Below are positions 38,301 to 52,900 of a stretch of 64,000 nucleotides of DNA, piece after piece; within the stretch, counting starts at the first letter, position 1; each line of letters starts with the position of its first letter. The notes beneath the pieces were generated by a model that saw only the letters and a program-made list of their open reading frames with translations, was not told the DNA's origin and did no database searches. The translations under genes and the position numbers were made by a program. Origin of the DNA: Malacoraja senta (taxonomy: Eukaryota); contig CM075997.1 in assembly GCA_038087875.1 (NCBI GenBank), positions 8,806,001-8,870,000 of the forward strand, written 5' to 3'.

Positions 38301-41300
38301 GCAAACATTTTAGAACCAAGACACACACTTTTTGTAAACATTTTAGAACCAAGACACAGACTTTTTGCAAACATTTTTGAACCAAGACACACAAATTTTG
38401 CAGACATTTTAGAACCAAGACACACATTTTTGCAAACATTTTAGAACCAAAACACATACTTTTTGAAAACATTTTAGAACCAAAACACATACTTTTTGAA
38501 AACATTTTAGACCCAGAACACTTTTTGCAAACATTTTAGAACCAAAACACTTTTTGCAAACATTTTTGAAGCAAAAACACATACATTTTGCAAACATTTT
38601 AGAACCAAATCATTTTGCAATCATTTTAGAACCAAAACACTTTTTCAAACATTTTAGAACCAAATCATTTTGCAAACATTTTAGAACCAAAACACTTTTT
38701 GCAAACATTTTAGAACCAATACACACACCTTTTGCAAACATTTTAGAACCAAGACCCACACATTTTGCAAACATTTTAGAACGAAGACACACACTTTTTG
38801 AAAGCATTATAGAAACTAGACACACAATTTTTGCAAACATTTTAGAACCAAAATACTTTTTGCAAACATTTTAGAACCAATACACACACTTTTTGCAAAC
38901 ATTTTAGAACCAAGACACTTTTTGCTAACATATTAGAACCAATACACCTTTTGCAAACATTTTAGAACCAAGACACTTTTTGCAAATATTTCAGAACCAA
39001 GACACCCTCTTTTTGCAAACATTTTAGAACCAAGACACACACTTTTTGCAAACATTTTAGAACCAAGACACACACATTTTGCAAACATTTCAGAACCAAG
39101 ACACACACTTTTTGCAAACATTTTAGAACCAAGACACACACATTTTGCAAACATTTTAGAACCAAGACACACATATTTTGAAAACATTTCAGAACCAATA
39201 CACACACTTTTTGCAAACATTTCAGAACCAAGACACACACTTTTTGCAAACATTTTAGAACCAAAACACATACTTTTTGCAAACATTTTAGAACCAAAAT
39301 ACATACTTTTTGAAAACATTTTAGAACCAAAACACATACTTTTTGAAAACATTTTAGACCCAAAACTCTTTTTGCAAACATTTTTGAAGCAAAAACACCT
39401 TTTGCAAACATTTTAGAACCAAAACATTTTGCAAACATTTTAGAACCAAATCAATTTTTGCAAACAATTTAGAACCAAAACACTTTTTGCAAACATTTAA
39501 GAACCAAAACACTTTTTGCAAACATTTTAGAACCAAAACACTTTTTGCAAACATTTCAGAACAAAGACACACTATTTTTGCAAACATTTTAGAACCAAAT
39601 TATGTTGCAAACATTTTAGAACCAAAACACTTTTTGCAAACATTTTTGAACCAAAACACATTTTGCAAACATTTTAGAACTAAAACACTTTTTGCAAACA
39701 TTTTAGAACCAAAACACTTTTTGCAAACATTTCAGAACAAAGACACACTATTTTTGCAAACATTTCAGAACAAAGACACACTATTTTTGCAAACATTTCA
39801 GAACAAAGACACACAATTTTTGCAAACATTTTAGAACCAAGACACACACTTTTTGTAAACATTTTGGAACCAAGACACACACTTTTTGCAAATATTTTAG
39901 AAACAAGACACACACTTATTGCAAACATTTTAGAACCAAGACACACACTTTTAACAAACATTTTAGATCCAAAACACTTTTTGCAAACATTTTAGATCCA
40001 GTACACACACTTTTTGCAAACATTTTAGAACCAAGACACACACTTTTTGCAAACATTTTAGAACCAAGACACACACAGTTTGAAAACATTTTAGAATCAA
40101 AACACTTTTTGCAATCATTTTATAACCAAAATACATTTTGCAAACATTTTAGAACCAAGCCACTCACTTTTTGCAAACATTTCAGAACCAAGCCACACAC
40201 TTTTTGCTAACAATTTAGAAGCAAACACACACTTTTGTAAACATTTTAGAACCAAGTCACACACTTTTTGCAAACATTTTTGAACCAAGACACACACATT
40301 TTGAAAACATTTTAGAACCAAAACACTTTTTGCAAATTTTAGAACCAAAATATTTTTTGCAAACATTTTAGAACCAAGACACACACTTTTTGCAAACATT
40401 TTAGAACCAAGACACACACTTTTTGTAAACATTTTAGAACCAAGACACACACTTTTTGCAAACATTTTAGAACCAATACACACACTTTTTGCAAACATTT
40501 CAGAACCAAGAAACACACTTTTTGCAAACATTTTAGAAGCAAGACACACACTTTTTGTAAACATTTTAGAACCAAGACACAGACTTTTTGCAAACATTTT
40601 TGAACCAAGACACACACATTTTGCAGACATTTTAGAACCAAGACACACATTTTTTGCAAACATTTTAGAACAAAAACACATACTTTTTGAAAACATTTTC
40701 GAACCAAAACACATAATTTTTCAAAACATTTTAGACCCAAAAGACTTTTTGCAAACATTTTAGAACCAAATCCATTTTTGCAAACAATTTAGAACCAAAA
40801 CACTTTTTGCAAACATTTAAGAACCAAAACACCTTTTGCAAACATTTTCGAAGCAAAACACTTTTTGCAAACATTTTAGAACCAAATCATTTTGCAAACA
40901 TTTTAGAACCAAAACACTTTTTGCCAACATTTTAGAACCAATACACACACTTTTTGCAAACATTTTAGAACCAAAACACTTTTTGCTAACATATTAGAAC
41001 CAATACACCTTTTGCAAACATTTAGAACCAAGACACACACATTTTGCAAACATTTTAGAACCAAGTCACACACTTTTTGAAAACATTTTAGAACCAAGAC
41101 ACACACTTTTTGCAAACATTTTAGAACCAAGACACACACATTTTGAAAACATTTTAGAACCAAAACACTTTTTGCAAATTTTAGAACCAAAATATTTTTT
41201 GCAACCATTTTAGAACCAAGACACACACTTTTTGTAAACATTTTAGAACCAAGACACACACTTTTTGCAAACATTTTAGAACCAATACACACACTTTTTG

Positions 41301-43751
41301 CAAACATTTCAGAACCAAGAAACACACTTTTTGCAAACATTTTAGAAGCAAGACACAGACTTTTTGTAAACATTTTAGAACCAAGACACAGACTTTTTGC
41401 AAACATTTTTGAACCAAGACACACACATTTTGCAGACATTTTAGAACCAAGACACACATTTTTTGCAAACATTTTAGAACAAAAACACATACTTTTTGAA
41501 AACATTTTCGAACCTAAACACATAATTTTTCAAAACATTTTAGACCCAAAAGACTTTTTGCAAACATTTTAGAACCAAAACACTTTGCAAACATTTTTGA
41601 AGCAAAAACACCTTTTGCAAACATTTTAGAACCAAAACATTTTGCAAACATTTTGCAAACATTTTAGAACCAAATCCATTTTTGCAAACAATTTAGAACC
41701 AAAACACTTTTTGCAAACATTTTAGAACCAAATCATTTTGCAAACATTTTAGAACCAAAACACTTTTTGCAAACATTTCAGAACAAAGACACACTATTTT
41801 TGCAAACATTTCAGAACAAAGACACACAATTTTTGCAAACATTTTAGAACCAAGAAACACTTTTTGCAAACATTTTAGAACCAAGACACACACTTTTTGC
41901 AAACATTTTAGAAGCACGACACACATTTTTTGCAAACATTTTAGAACCAAGACACACACTTTTTGCAAACATTTTAGAACCAAGACACACACTTTTTGCA
42001 AATATTTCAGAAGCAAGACACACACTTTTTGAAAACAATTTAGAACCAAGACACACACTTTTTGCAAACATTTTAGAACCAAGACACACACATTTTGCAA
42101 ACATTTTAGAACCAAGACACACACTTTTTGCAAACATTTTAGAACCAAAACACATACTTTTTGCAAACATTTTAGAACCAAAATACATACTTTTTGAAAA
42201 CATTTTAGAACCAAAACACATACTTTTTGAAAACATTTTAGACCCAAAACACTTTTTGCAAACATTTTTGAAGCAAAAACACCTTTTGCAAACATTTTAG
42301 AACCAAAACATTTTGCAAACATTTTAGAACCAAATCAATTTTTGCAAACAATTTAGAACCAAAACACTTTTTGCAAACATTTAAGAACCAAAACACTTTT
42401 TGCAAACATTTTCGAAGCAAAACACTTTTTGCAAACATTTTAGAACCAAATCATTTTGCAAACATTTTAGAACCAAAACACTTTTTGCAAACAGTTTTGA
42501 ACCAAAACACATTTTGCAAACATTTTAGAACTAAAACACTTTTTGCAAACATTTTAGAACCAAAACACTTTTTGCAAACATTTCAGAACAAAGACACACT
42601 ATTTGTGCAAACATTTCAGAACAAAGACACACAATTTTTGCAAACATTTTAGAACCAAGACACACACTTTTTGCAAACATTTTAGATCCAAAACACTTTT
42701 TGCAAACATTTTAGAACCAGTACACACACTTTTTGCAAACATTTTAGAACCAAGACACACACTTTTTGCAAACATTTTAGAACCAAGACACACACATTTT
42801 GAAAACATTTTAGAATCAAAACACTTTTTGCAATCATTTTAGAACCAAAATACATTTTGCAAACATTTTAGAACCAAGCCACACACTTTTTGCAAACATT
42901 TCAGAACCAAGACACACACTTTTTGCAAACAATTTAGAAGCAAGACACACAATTTTTGCAAACATTTTAGAACCAAGACACATTTTTTGCAAACATTTTA
43001 GAACCAAGACACACACTTTTTGCAAACATTTTAGAAGCAAAGACACTTTTTGTAAACATTTTAGAAACAAGACACACACTTTTTGCAAACATTTTAGAAC
43101 CAAGACACACACATTTTGCAAACATTTTAGAACCAAGTCACACACTTTTTGAAAACATTTTAGAACCAAGACACACACTTTTTGCAAACATTTTAGAACC
43201 AAAACACTTTTCGCAAACATTTTAGAACCAAAATATTTTTTGCAAACATTTTAGAACCAAGACACACACTTTTTGCAAACATTTTAGAACCAATACACAC
43301 ACTTTTTGCAAACATTTCAGAACCAAGACACAACCTTTTTGCAAACATTTTAGAACCAAAACACACACTTTTTGTAAACAATTTGGAACCAAGACACACA
43401 CTTTTTGCAAACATTTTAGAACCAAGACACACACTTTTTGCAAACAATGTAGAAGCAAGACACACAATTTTTGCAAACATTTTAGAACCAAGACACATTT
43501 TTTGCAAACATTTTAGAACCAAGACACTCACTTTTTGCAAACATTTTAGAATTAAACACACACTTTTTGTAAACATTTTAGAAACAAGACACACACTTTT
43601 TGCAAACATTTTAGAACCAAGACACACACATTTTGCAAACATTTTAGAACCAAGTCACACACTTTTTGAAAACATTTTAGAACCAAGACACACACTTTTT
43701 GCAAACATTTTAGAACCAAAACACTTTTTGCAAACATTTTAGAACCAAAAT
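17339..43751. repeat. Uninterrupted 26.4-kb 33-bp satellite array with higher-order repeats
   Basis: Only satellite monomers; blocks of rare variants recur at offsets 4510, 4335, 4222 and 15126 (read from identical entries in the ORF track). Confidence 0.97.
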
Positions 43752-44102
43752 ATATATATATATATTTTTTTGAAAATATTTTTTATTGGAGATAAGTACA
43801 CAACCTATTAACATCATTACAGTCTTACATTTTTGAATTGATAATATTGTCAATTATTATTACATTGTCTCCAATAGCTTTTGCCTTTTTTTTTTAAAAA
43901 CTAGATAGAACTAAAAAGATAGATGAAGTAAAGAAAGAAAAGAGAGAGAAGAAAAGAGAGAACAAAAAAACAAAACAAAAAAAAAAAAAAAGAGAAAGAT
44001 AGTTAAAGAAGAATGGAAAAATTTATTAAAATAAAAAACTTCATTCGAGATATATTCGTACATTTCAGAGTATAGCATTTCATCCATTCTTTAGCCTGAG
44101 TG

Positions 44103-47100
44103 TTAGTCAGGTTCCTCTGCTGAACCATTCTGACCCTTTAAATAATCAATAAAGGGAGACCATGTTCCAACGAATAATTCCTGTTTGTCCAACAGGGAAA
44201 ATCTGATTCTTTCCACGTTTAAGGTCTCCGTCATTTCTATAATCCACATTTTGATTGTGGGGGTTATAGGGCCTTTCCAAAATTTTAGAATTAATTTTTT
44301 TCCTGTTATTATACTATAATCAATAAAGTTTCTTTGTGTTGTTGTTAATGTTTGATTTAATTCTAATGTTCCAAGTATTATTAATTTTGGATCCGGGTCC
44401 AATTGTGTGCTGGTCACTTTAGATATTATACTAAAAATATTTACCCAGAATTTTTTAATTTTTATACAGTTTGCAAACATATGAGATAAGGTAGCTTCTA
44501 AATGTTGACATTTATCACATATAGGTGAGATATGTTGAAAGATTTTATGTAATTTTGTTTTTGAATAATGTAACCTATGTATTACTTTAAATTGTATTAA
44601 AGAATGTCTGGCATTTAATGAACATTGATGTATGTGTTGTAAACTTTCTTCCCAAGTATCTTTCGTTATTATTTGATTTAATTCTTTTTCCCATATTTGT
44701 CTGTGTAAGTCCGTCGATGGAATGTCACTGTCTAATAAGATATTAATTTTTCTGTATTAGGATGTTTATTCCAACATTCGTCAAGAATTTCTGAATTTCT
44801 AATTTGAAAATTTTGAGTATTCGATTTTACATAATCTCTGAGTTGAAGATATCTGAAATAATCATTTCCTCGGAGTCCATAAGTCTGTTGCAACTCCTGA
44901 AATGTCAGAAAAGTGCCTTCCTTGTAAAGTTGTCCCATATTTTTAATTCCATAATTCTTCCATTGTGTATAACCCCTGTCCAACCATGAGGGCTTAAACA
45001 AAGGGTTATTCACAATTGGAAGAAAAAGTGATAAATTATCTAATTTTAATGTCTTTTTTAATTGTTTCCAAATTCGTATAGCACTAAATTTTATAGGGGT
45101 TTCCCTATAATTTTTTTTGTTTAATTTAGACGTAGCAAATAATATCGAGCCGATATCAAAAGGTAAACAATCTTCCTTTTCCATTTTTAACCAATCTGGT
45201 TGTTGATCTATTTCTTCCAACCAGAAATTCATATTTTTAATATTAACTGCCCAAAAATAAAACAGAAAGTTGGGTAAAACCAAGCCTCCATTTATTTTTG
45301 ATTTACACAAATGTCTTTTGTTTATCCTATGATTCTTATAATCCCAGATAAAATCATTAACAATGGAATCCAATTTTTTTTTAAAGTTTTTTGACAAATA
45401 TATCGGAATTGTCTGAAAAAGGTATAATATTTGCGGTAAAATTTTTTTGCCAACCATTGAGATAGGAAGTGTTTTCCAGTATTGAATATTCTTATGTAGT
45501 TTGTTCAGTAATGGGGGAAAATTTGCTTTAAATAATGATGTATATATCTTAGTTACATCTAGGTATTTAAATTTTTCATTTAGTATTTTAAATGGAAATT
45601 GTTGTATTATCTGTTTGTTATGTTCCCTTATTGGCATAATTTCACTTTTATTCCAATTTATTCTGTATCCTGAGAGTGAACCAAATTGGGTTATTAGCTT
45701 TAATAAGTTTGGAATACTAATTTCTGGTTTTGTAATGTAAATTAGTACATCATCTGTGTATAGAGAAATTTTATTCACTGTGTCCTTTGTGATATACCCA
45801 TGTATTTCCGGATGACTCCTAACTCTTTCTGCGAGTGGCTCAATAGCAAGCGCAAATAATAATGGAGATAACGGGCATCCTTGTCTACAACCTCTAGATA
45901 GGCTGAATTTAGATGACAACCTTTGGTTTGTTAATATTCTAGCCGTAGGGTTTGTATATAACAGTTTTATCCATGTGCAGAATTTCTCCCCTAGCTCCAT
46001 ATTTTCCATCACCGAAAATAAATAAGACCATTCAACCTGATCAAATGCTTTTTCAGCGTCAAGTGAGATTATTGCTAGATCTTCAGTAATAATTCTCTTA
46101 GCATAAATAATATTAAATAATCTTCTTAGATTATAATATGAGTACCGTTTCTGAATAAAGCCTGTTTGGTCAGGGTGTATTAATTTATTCATCACTGTAC
46201 TTAATCTATGCGCTAGTATTTTAGTTAATATTTTCTGATCTGTGTTTAAAAGTGCAATTGCTCTATATGATCCCGGATCTTCCGGATCTTTATCAACTTT
46301 AGGAATAAGTGTTATTATAGATTCATTTAAAGTATCTGGAAGTTTCTGTTGAGTATAGATATGCTCATACAGCCTTTGTAAACGTGGGCAGAGCAAGTCA
46401 TATTTTTTTTTTATAGAATTCAGAGCCTAAACCATCTGGTCCTACTGCTTTACCATTTTTTAAAGAGCCAATAGACTCCTCAATATCCTTTATCGTAATC
46501 TCCCTTTCTAATAATTCTCTATCGTTTGAATCTAAACCTTTTAAATTACATTTTAGTAAAAAATCTGCTATTCCTTCTGGTTGTACTACAGTTTTAGTTG
46601 AATAAAGATTATGATAGTATTGGAGAAATCTTTCATTTATATCCTTGGGCATTTTTAATAATTCTCCCGTCTCTGTTCTAATTTTATGAATTATTTTTTC
46701 CCCTTCCATTTTTCGTAACTGACGTGCTAATAGTTTTTGTGGTTTGTCTCCAAATTCAAAATGTAATTGTTTGGTTTTTTGATAAAGTTTTATTACTTGT
46801 TCTGAATACATTTTGTTTAATTTATATTTCAATACAGCAATTTTATTATGTTTTAAAATAGATGGCATTCTCGCATTTTCTATATCTAGTTGCTTGATTT
46901 CACTTTCCAATGTTTGTTGTTTAATCCTGTTCTCTTTATTATATAATACTTGAGCAGAAATTAATGCACCTCGAACAAACGCTTTAAACGTTTCCCACAT
47001 AAGAGAAGTAGGTGTGTCCGGGTTGTCATTGCGTGATCTGAGATTATAATATTATGGTATTTTGAGTTATAAGTAAATGGGATAAACGTGGAGTCAACTA

Positions 47101-47746
47101 AAAAATAATCTATTCTTGAGTATGTTTTATGTACTGGTGAGTAAAATGAATATTCCCGTCCAGTTGGATTTTCAATTCTCCAGACATCCTTAATATTAGT
47201 GGTATTAATAAATGAATTTAAAAATACACTTGATTGAGATTTTACTTTTTTTTGCCTTGATGATCTATCTAAGTATGAATCTAATGTACAATTGAAGTCT
47301 CCTCCAATTATTAATTTACATTGTGTAAATTCAGGAATTTTATTAAATGTTTTATTAAAAAACATAGGGTTATCAAAATTAGGCCCATATACATTAAGAA
47401 GAATCACTTTTTCTCCATTTAACTCTCCAACTAATATAATATAGCTACCATCAATATCCGCTATTGTTGATGAATTCGTAAAAGGTATTCCTTTACGAAT
47501 TAATATTGCAACTCCTCTGGACTTATGGGAAAAAGAGGAATGATATGATTCAGCGATCCACTTAGCTTTAAGTCTATGTTGAGATTCCTTTTTAAGGTGT
47601 GTTGCTTGAAGGAATATTATATCTGTTTTGATTGAATTTAGATGTGCCAAAACTTTACCTCTCTTAATTGGTTCATAGATTCCCTTGACATTCCAACTAT
47701 AAAATGTTATTCCCTGACCCCCTCTTGTCATATTAACATCTTGCAT
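44103..47746 (-). pseudogene. ORF2p: L1 ORF2, disrupted (copy 2)
   Basis: ORF fragments 46961-47791, 46398-47000, 44732-46396 and 44103-44480 translate identically to copy 1. Confidence 0.93.
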
Positions 47747-48172
47747 ATTGTTTCTAAGGTGGTCTATAACCGAGCAGAAGGTGCAACACATAAAACCTGA
47801 CCCTGCTCCCGAACCTCAAATAGATGAATTTAAAATCATATACATCGCTCTTCCGAACACATCTCCTTGTATTAGTCTTGTTGTTCCATTCAAACATTAA
47901 GTTATAAAAATATTTAAAGTGAAAAAAGTGATAGAATTGGTTAGTATAGGGTGAAAGAAAAAAAACTACATCTACAATTAGTGTAGTTAGTGATAGCCAC
48001 ACTAACGTGGCTAGAATTCTAAAGACTTCCGTAGCCTTTGTAAAAAAAAAATTCCCAGCTCCGTGCCCGAAAAAAAAAAAAAAAAGATTATTTCTGACAA
48101 TCAAATAACTTCTTTGGGAGTAGCAAACATATATATATACCCATACATACACACACACATACATACATATAT

Positions 48173-48207
<35 letters not shown>

Positions 48208-48759
48208 CATATGCATACATACATAAGCACGTATCCCTGCAGAAAAGTCCGAAAACAGCATAAATTCACAACGTTATTATTCTCTACATATCATATTAAT
48301 ATCCTCGCTAAATCTATAAATTTAATTTTAAATTGAAAAATAAAGAGATAAACCGTCAAACCTTATTATGACGTAGGCTGAATTACCTCTTGCATATCTT
48401 CCTATAGAATATAAGTATGCAACTCATTTCTACGTTAACCAGAAACTGTTAGTTATTAATCATTGTTATCAATCATACCCAGTATTAAATTTTTATGAGT
48501 AATATAAATGTTAATAATTTTAGTAGTAATATAGATATTTAATAAGTATTAGTAGTTACATATATAGTTAGATATGAATATACTAAATAGTAATAGTGAT
48601 TAATAACAAAAAAATTAAAAAAAAACACGGTTTTCTCCAATGTCCACCGTCCATTTCGGTTTTCCAATGTCCTTAAAGCTCTTAAAAGAACTTTAAAGAT
48701 CCTTTTAAATCTGGCGAAGTCCCGTTAATCCTTGATTCCTGAGGAGTATTGTAAATTCT

Positions 48760-49806
48760 TCAGTCCGTGGTCACGTTCCCGATTTCTTTGGCATATTCCA
48801 GTGCTTTTTCGTGGTCTGTAAAAAATTGCTCCTTGTTCTTGTAGGTGACTCTTAGTCTTGCCGGGTAAAGTAAGCCGTATATCAAATCAGGTACATTCTT
48901 CAGTATTCTTTTTGTCTCAGTGAACAGCGCTCTTTTCTTGAAGACCTCTGCTGGATAATCTCGGTAAATACTGAACCTCACACCTTCAAAATGGAGCTGT
49001 CCGCTTCGGACAATTTTCTTCATTATCTCGTCAAATTCATGATCAAGTTGCACCTTTACTATAATTTGTCTTGGATGGGCATCATCTTGTGTACGACGCC
49101 GCTGCGCTCTATGAGCTCGACCGAGTGAAGGTTTTTGATCCAATTTTAAGGCTTTTTGTAGTAGGTCTGCCACAAAATCCCGAGGGCCCATTTCCCTCTC
49201 ACTTCCTTCTTTCACCCCTACAATTCTTAGATACTTGCGTCTTTGACGCCCCTCTAAATCGGTACACTTATCACTTAATTTGGTCACCATATCGGAGAGG
49301 CGTTGGTTTTCAATAAGGAGTCGATTTACAGTTTCCACACTTGTCGCCGCACATTTCTCAAGTTCGGTTATCGCTGTTCTATGTTGATCAAGTGCTTGAT
49401 GAATGGGGACCACATCCATATTAACATTCGATTCCACCGAAACGAGCCTGGCTTCCAGCACTTCCATCTGTTCCTTGACCTCTTCGTCCCTCGACCTCTT
49501 CCAGACTTCCAGTATTTCTTGAACGGTAGAAAGCATTTCTGCTTTAAAATCTACCTTAAAAGAGTTAAGTTCCTCTTTAAAATTCAGTTTTCCTTCAAAG
49601 GTTTTCAACTCAGCAGCGAGAAAAGTTTTAAGATCTTCAATTTCAGACTTTTTCTGCTTTGATTTCTTCGTTGGGTCTTCCTGGGCTGTCATTGTACCTG
49701 AGGCCGAGGCCTCAGTTAGGCCTTCTTCTTCCATCGGTGGTTTCCCTGTAACGTTTTTTTTTGGCCCACGGGGGGGGGGGGGGGGGGGGGTACGTTGTAT
49801 CGACAT
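48760..49806 (-). CDS. ORF1p: L1 ORF1p, intact 348 aa (copy 2)
   Basis: As copy 1 except one extra Pro in the N-terminal poly-Pro and I->T in ALF(I/T)ETK. Confidence 0.92.
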   Translation of the reverse strand: MSIQRTPPPPPPRGPKKNVTGKPPMEEEGLTEASASGTMTAQEDPTKKSKQKKSEIEDLKTFLAAELKTFEGKLNFKEELNSFKVDFKAEMLSTVQEILEVWKRSRDEEVKEQMEVLEARLVSVESNVNMDVVPIHQALDQHRTAITELEKCAATSVETVNRLLIENQRLSDMVTKLSDKCTDLEGRQRRKYLRIVGVKEGSEREMGPRDFVADLLQKALKLDQKPSLGRAHRAQRRRTQDDAHPRQIIVKVQLDHEFDEIMKKIVRSGQLHFEGVRFSIYRDYPAEVFKKRALFTETKRILKNVPDLIYGLLYPARLRVTYKNKEQFFTDHEKALEYAKEIGNVTTD

Positions 49807-49933
49807 ACCGTCAAAGTCGCGCGTTCAGATCGCGATCGCTGCAGGTAAGACCCGATTTTCTCCCGTTTTCAGATTCTTCGGCACGGAGCTAGCTGGCACT
49901 GGACTCAAGCCTCCATAGCGCCACCGGAAGACC

Positions 49934-52900
49934 AAACATTTTAGAACCAAGACACACACTTTTTGCAAACATTTTAGAACCAATACACACACTTTTTGCA
50001 AACATTTCAGAACCAAGACACAACCTTTTTGCAAACATTTTAGAACCAAAACAAACACTTTTTGTAAACATTTTAGAACCAAGACACACACTTTTTGCAA
50101 ACATTTTAGAACCAATACACACACTTTTTGCAAACATTTCAGAACCAAGACACACACTTTTTGCAAACATTTTAGAACCAAGACACACTTTTTGCAAACA
50201 TTTTAGAACCAAGACACACACATTTTGTAAACATTTTAGAACCAAAAATCACACTATTTGAAACATTTTATAAACAAAACACTTTTTGCAAACATTTTAG
50301 AACAAATACACTTTTTTGAAAACATTTTAGAACCAAAACACTTTTTAGAACATTTCAGAACCAAGACACACACTTTTTGCAAACATTTTAGAACCAAGAC
50401 ACACACATTTTGCAAACATTTTAGAAGCAAGACACACACTTTTTGTAAACATTTTTGAACCATGACACACACTTTTTGTAAACATTTTAGAACTACAACA
50501 CTTTTTGCAAACATTTTAGAACCAAAACACTTTTTGCGAACATTTTAGAACCAAAACAATTTTTGCAAACATTCTAGAACCAATACACACACTTTTTGCA
50601 AACATTTTAGAACCAAAACACTTTTTGCTAACATATTAGAACCAATACACCTTTTGCAAACATTTTAGAACCAAGACACACACATTTTGCAAACATTTTA
50701 GAACGAAGACACACACTTTTTGTAAACATTTTAGAACCAAGACACAGACTTTTTGCAAACATTTTTGAACCAAGACACACACATTTTGCAGACATTTTAG
50801 AACCAAGACACACACTTTTTGCAAACATTTTAGAACCAACACACACATTTTGAAAACATTTTAGAACCAAAACACTTTTTGCAATCATTTTAGAACCAAA
50901 ATACATTTTGCAAACATTTTAGAACCAAGCCACTCACTTTTTGCAAACATTTCAGAACCAAGACACACACTTTTTGCAATTTAGAAGCAAGACACACAAT
51001 TTTTGCAAACATTTTAGAACCAAGACACACACATTTTGCAAACATTTTAGAACCAAGTCACACACTTTTTGAAAACATTTTAGAACCAAGACACACACTT
51101 TTTGCTAACATTTTAGAACCAAGACACACACATTTTGAAAATATTTTAGAACCAAGACACACACTTTTTGCAAACATTTTAGAACCAAAACACTTTTTGC
51201 AAACATTTTAGAACCAAAATATTTTTTGCAAACATTTTAGAACCAAGACACACACTTTTTGCAAACATTTTAGAACCAAGACACACACTTTTTGTAAACA
51301 TTTTAGAACCAAGACACAGACTTTTTGCAAACATTTTTGAACCAAGACACACAAATTTTGCAGACATTTTAGAACCAAGACACACATTTTTGCAAACATT
51401 TTAGAACCAAAACACATACTTTTTGAAAACATTTTAGAACCAAAACACATACTTTTTGAAAACATTTTAGACCCAGAACACTTTTTGCAACATTTTAGAA
51501 CCAAAACACTTTTTGCAAACATTTTTGAAGCAAAAACACATACATTTTGCAAACATTTTAGAACCAAATCATTTTGCAAACATTTTAGAACCAAAACACT
51601 TTTTCAAACATTTTAGAACCAAATCATTTTGCAAACATTTTAGAACCAAAACACTTTTTGCAAACATTTTAGAACCAATACACACACCTTTTGCAAACAT
51701 TTTAGAACCAAGACCCACACATTTTGCAAACATTTTAGAACGAAGACACACACTTTTTGAAAGCATTATAGAAACAAGACACACAATTTTTGCAAACATT
51801 TTAGAACCAAAATACTTTTTGCAAACATTTTAGAACCAATACACACACTTTTTGCAAACATTTTAGAACCAAGACACTTTTTGCTAACATATTAGAACCA
51901 ATACACCTTTTGCAAACATTTTAGAACCAAGACACTTTTTGCAAATATTTCAGAACCAGTACACACACTTTTTGCAAACATTTTGGAACCAAGACACACA
52001 CTTTTTGCAAACATTTTAGAAACAAGACACACACTTATTCCAAACATTTTAGAACCAAGACACACACTTTTAGCAAACATTTTAGATCCAAAACACTTTT
52101 TGCAAACATTTTAGAACCAAGACACACACATTTTGCAAACATTTCAGAACCAAGACACACACTTTTTGCAAACATTTTAGAACCAAGACACACACATTTT
52201 GCAAACATTTTAGAACCAAGACACACATATTTTGAAAACATTTCAGAACCAATACACACACTTTTTGCAAACATTTCAGAACCAAGACACACACTTTTTG
52301 CAAACATTTTAGAACCAAAACACATACTTTTTGCAAACATTTTAGAACCAAAATACATACTTTTTGAAAACATTTTAGAACCAAAACACATACTTTTTGA
52401 AAACATTTTAGACCCAAAACTCTTTTTGCAAACATTTTTGAAGCAAAAACACCTTTTGCAAACATTTTAGAACCAAAACATTTTGCAAACATTTTAGAAC
52501 CAAATCAATTTTTGCAAACAATTTAGAACCAAAACACTTTTTGCAAACATTTAAGAACCAAAACACTTTTTGCAAACATTTTAGAACCAAAACACTTTTT
52601 GCAAACATTTCAGAACAAAGACACACTATTTTTGCAAACATTTTAGAACCAAATTATGTTGCAAACATTTTAGAACCAAAACACTTTTTGCAAACATTTT
52701 TGAACCAAAACACATTTTGCAAACATTTTAGAACTAAAACACTTTTTGCAAACATTTTAGAACCAAAACACTTTTTGCAAACATTTCAGAACAAAGACAC
52801 ACTATTTTTGCAAACATTTCAGAACAAAGACACACTATTTTTGCAAACATTTCAGAACAAAGACACACAATTTTTGCAAACATTTTAGAACCAAGACACA

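Larger units (their letters stand above)
43752..49933 (-). mobile_element. Full-length, defective L1-clade LINE, copy 2 (duplicate of 11158-17338)
   Basis: Same junctions and lesions as copy 1 at offset 32592-32595. Confidence 0.95.

Noticed and set aside
17339..43751. CRISPR-like look: conserved ~22-bp partly palindromic core with variable intervening bases
   Set aside because: Intervening parts are 4-11-bp AC-tract variants, not unique spacers; no cas genes or leader; context is vertebrate-type retroelements.
43752..49933. Second L1 as an independent, site-specific insertion
   Set aside because: Identical junctions, inactivating lesions and kilobases of flanking variants indicate DNA-level duplication.
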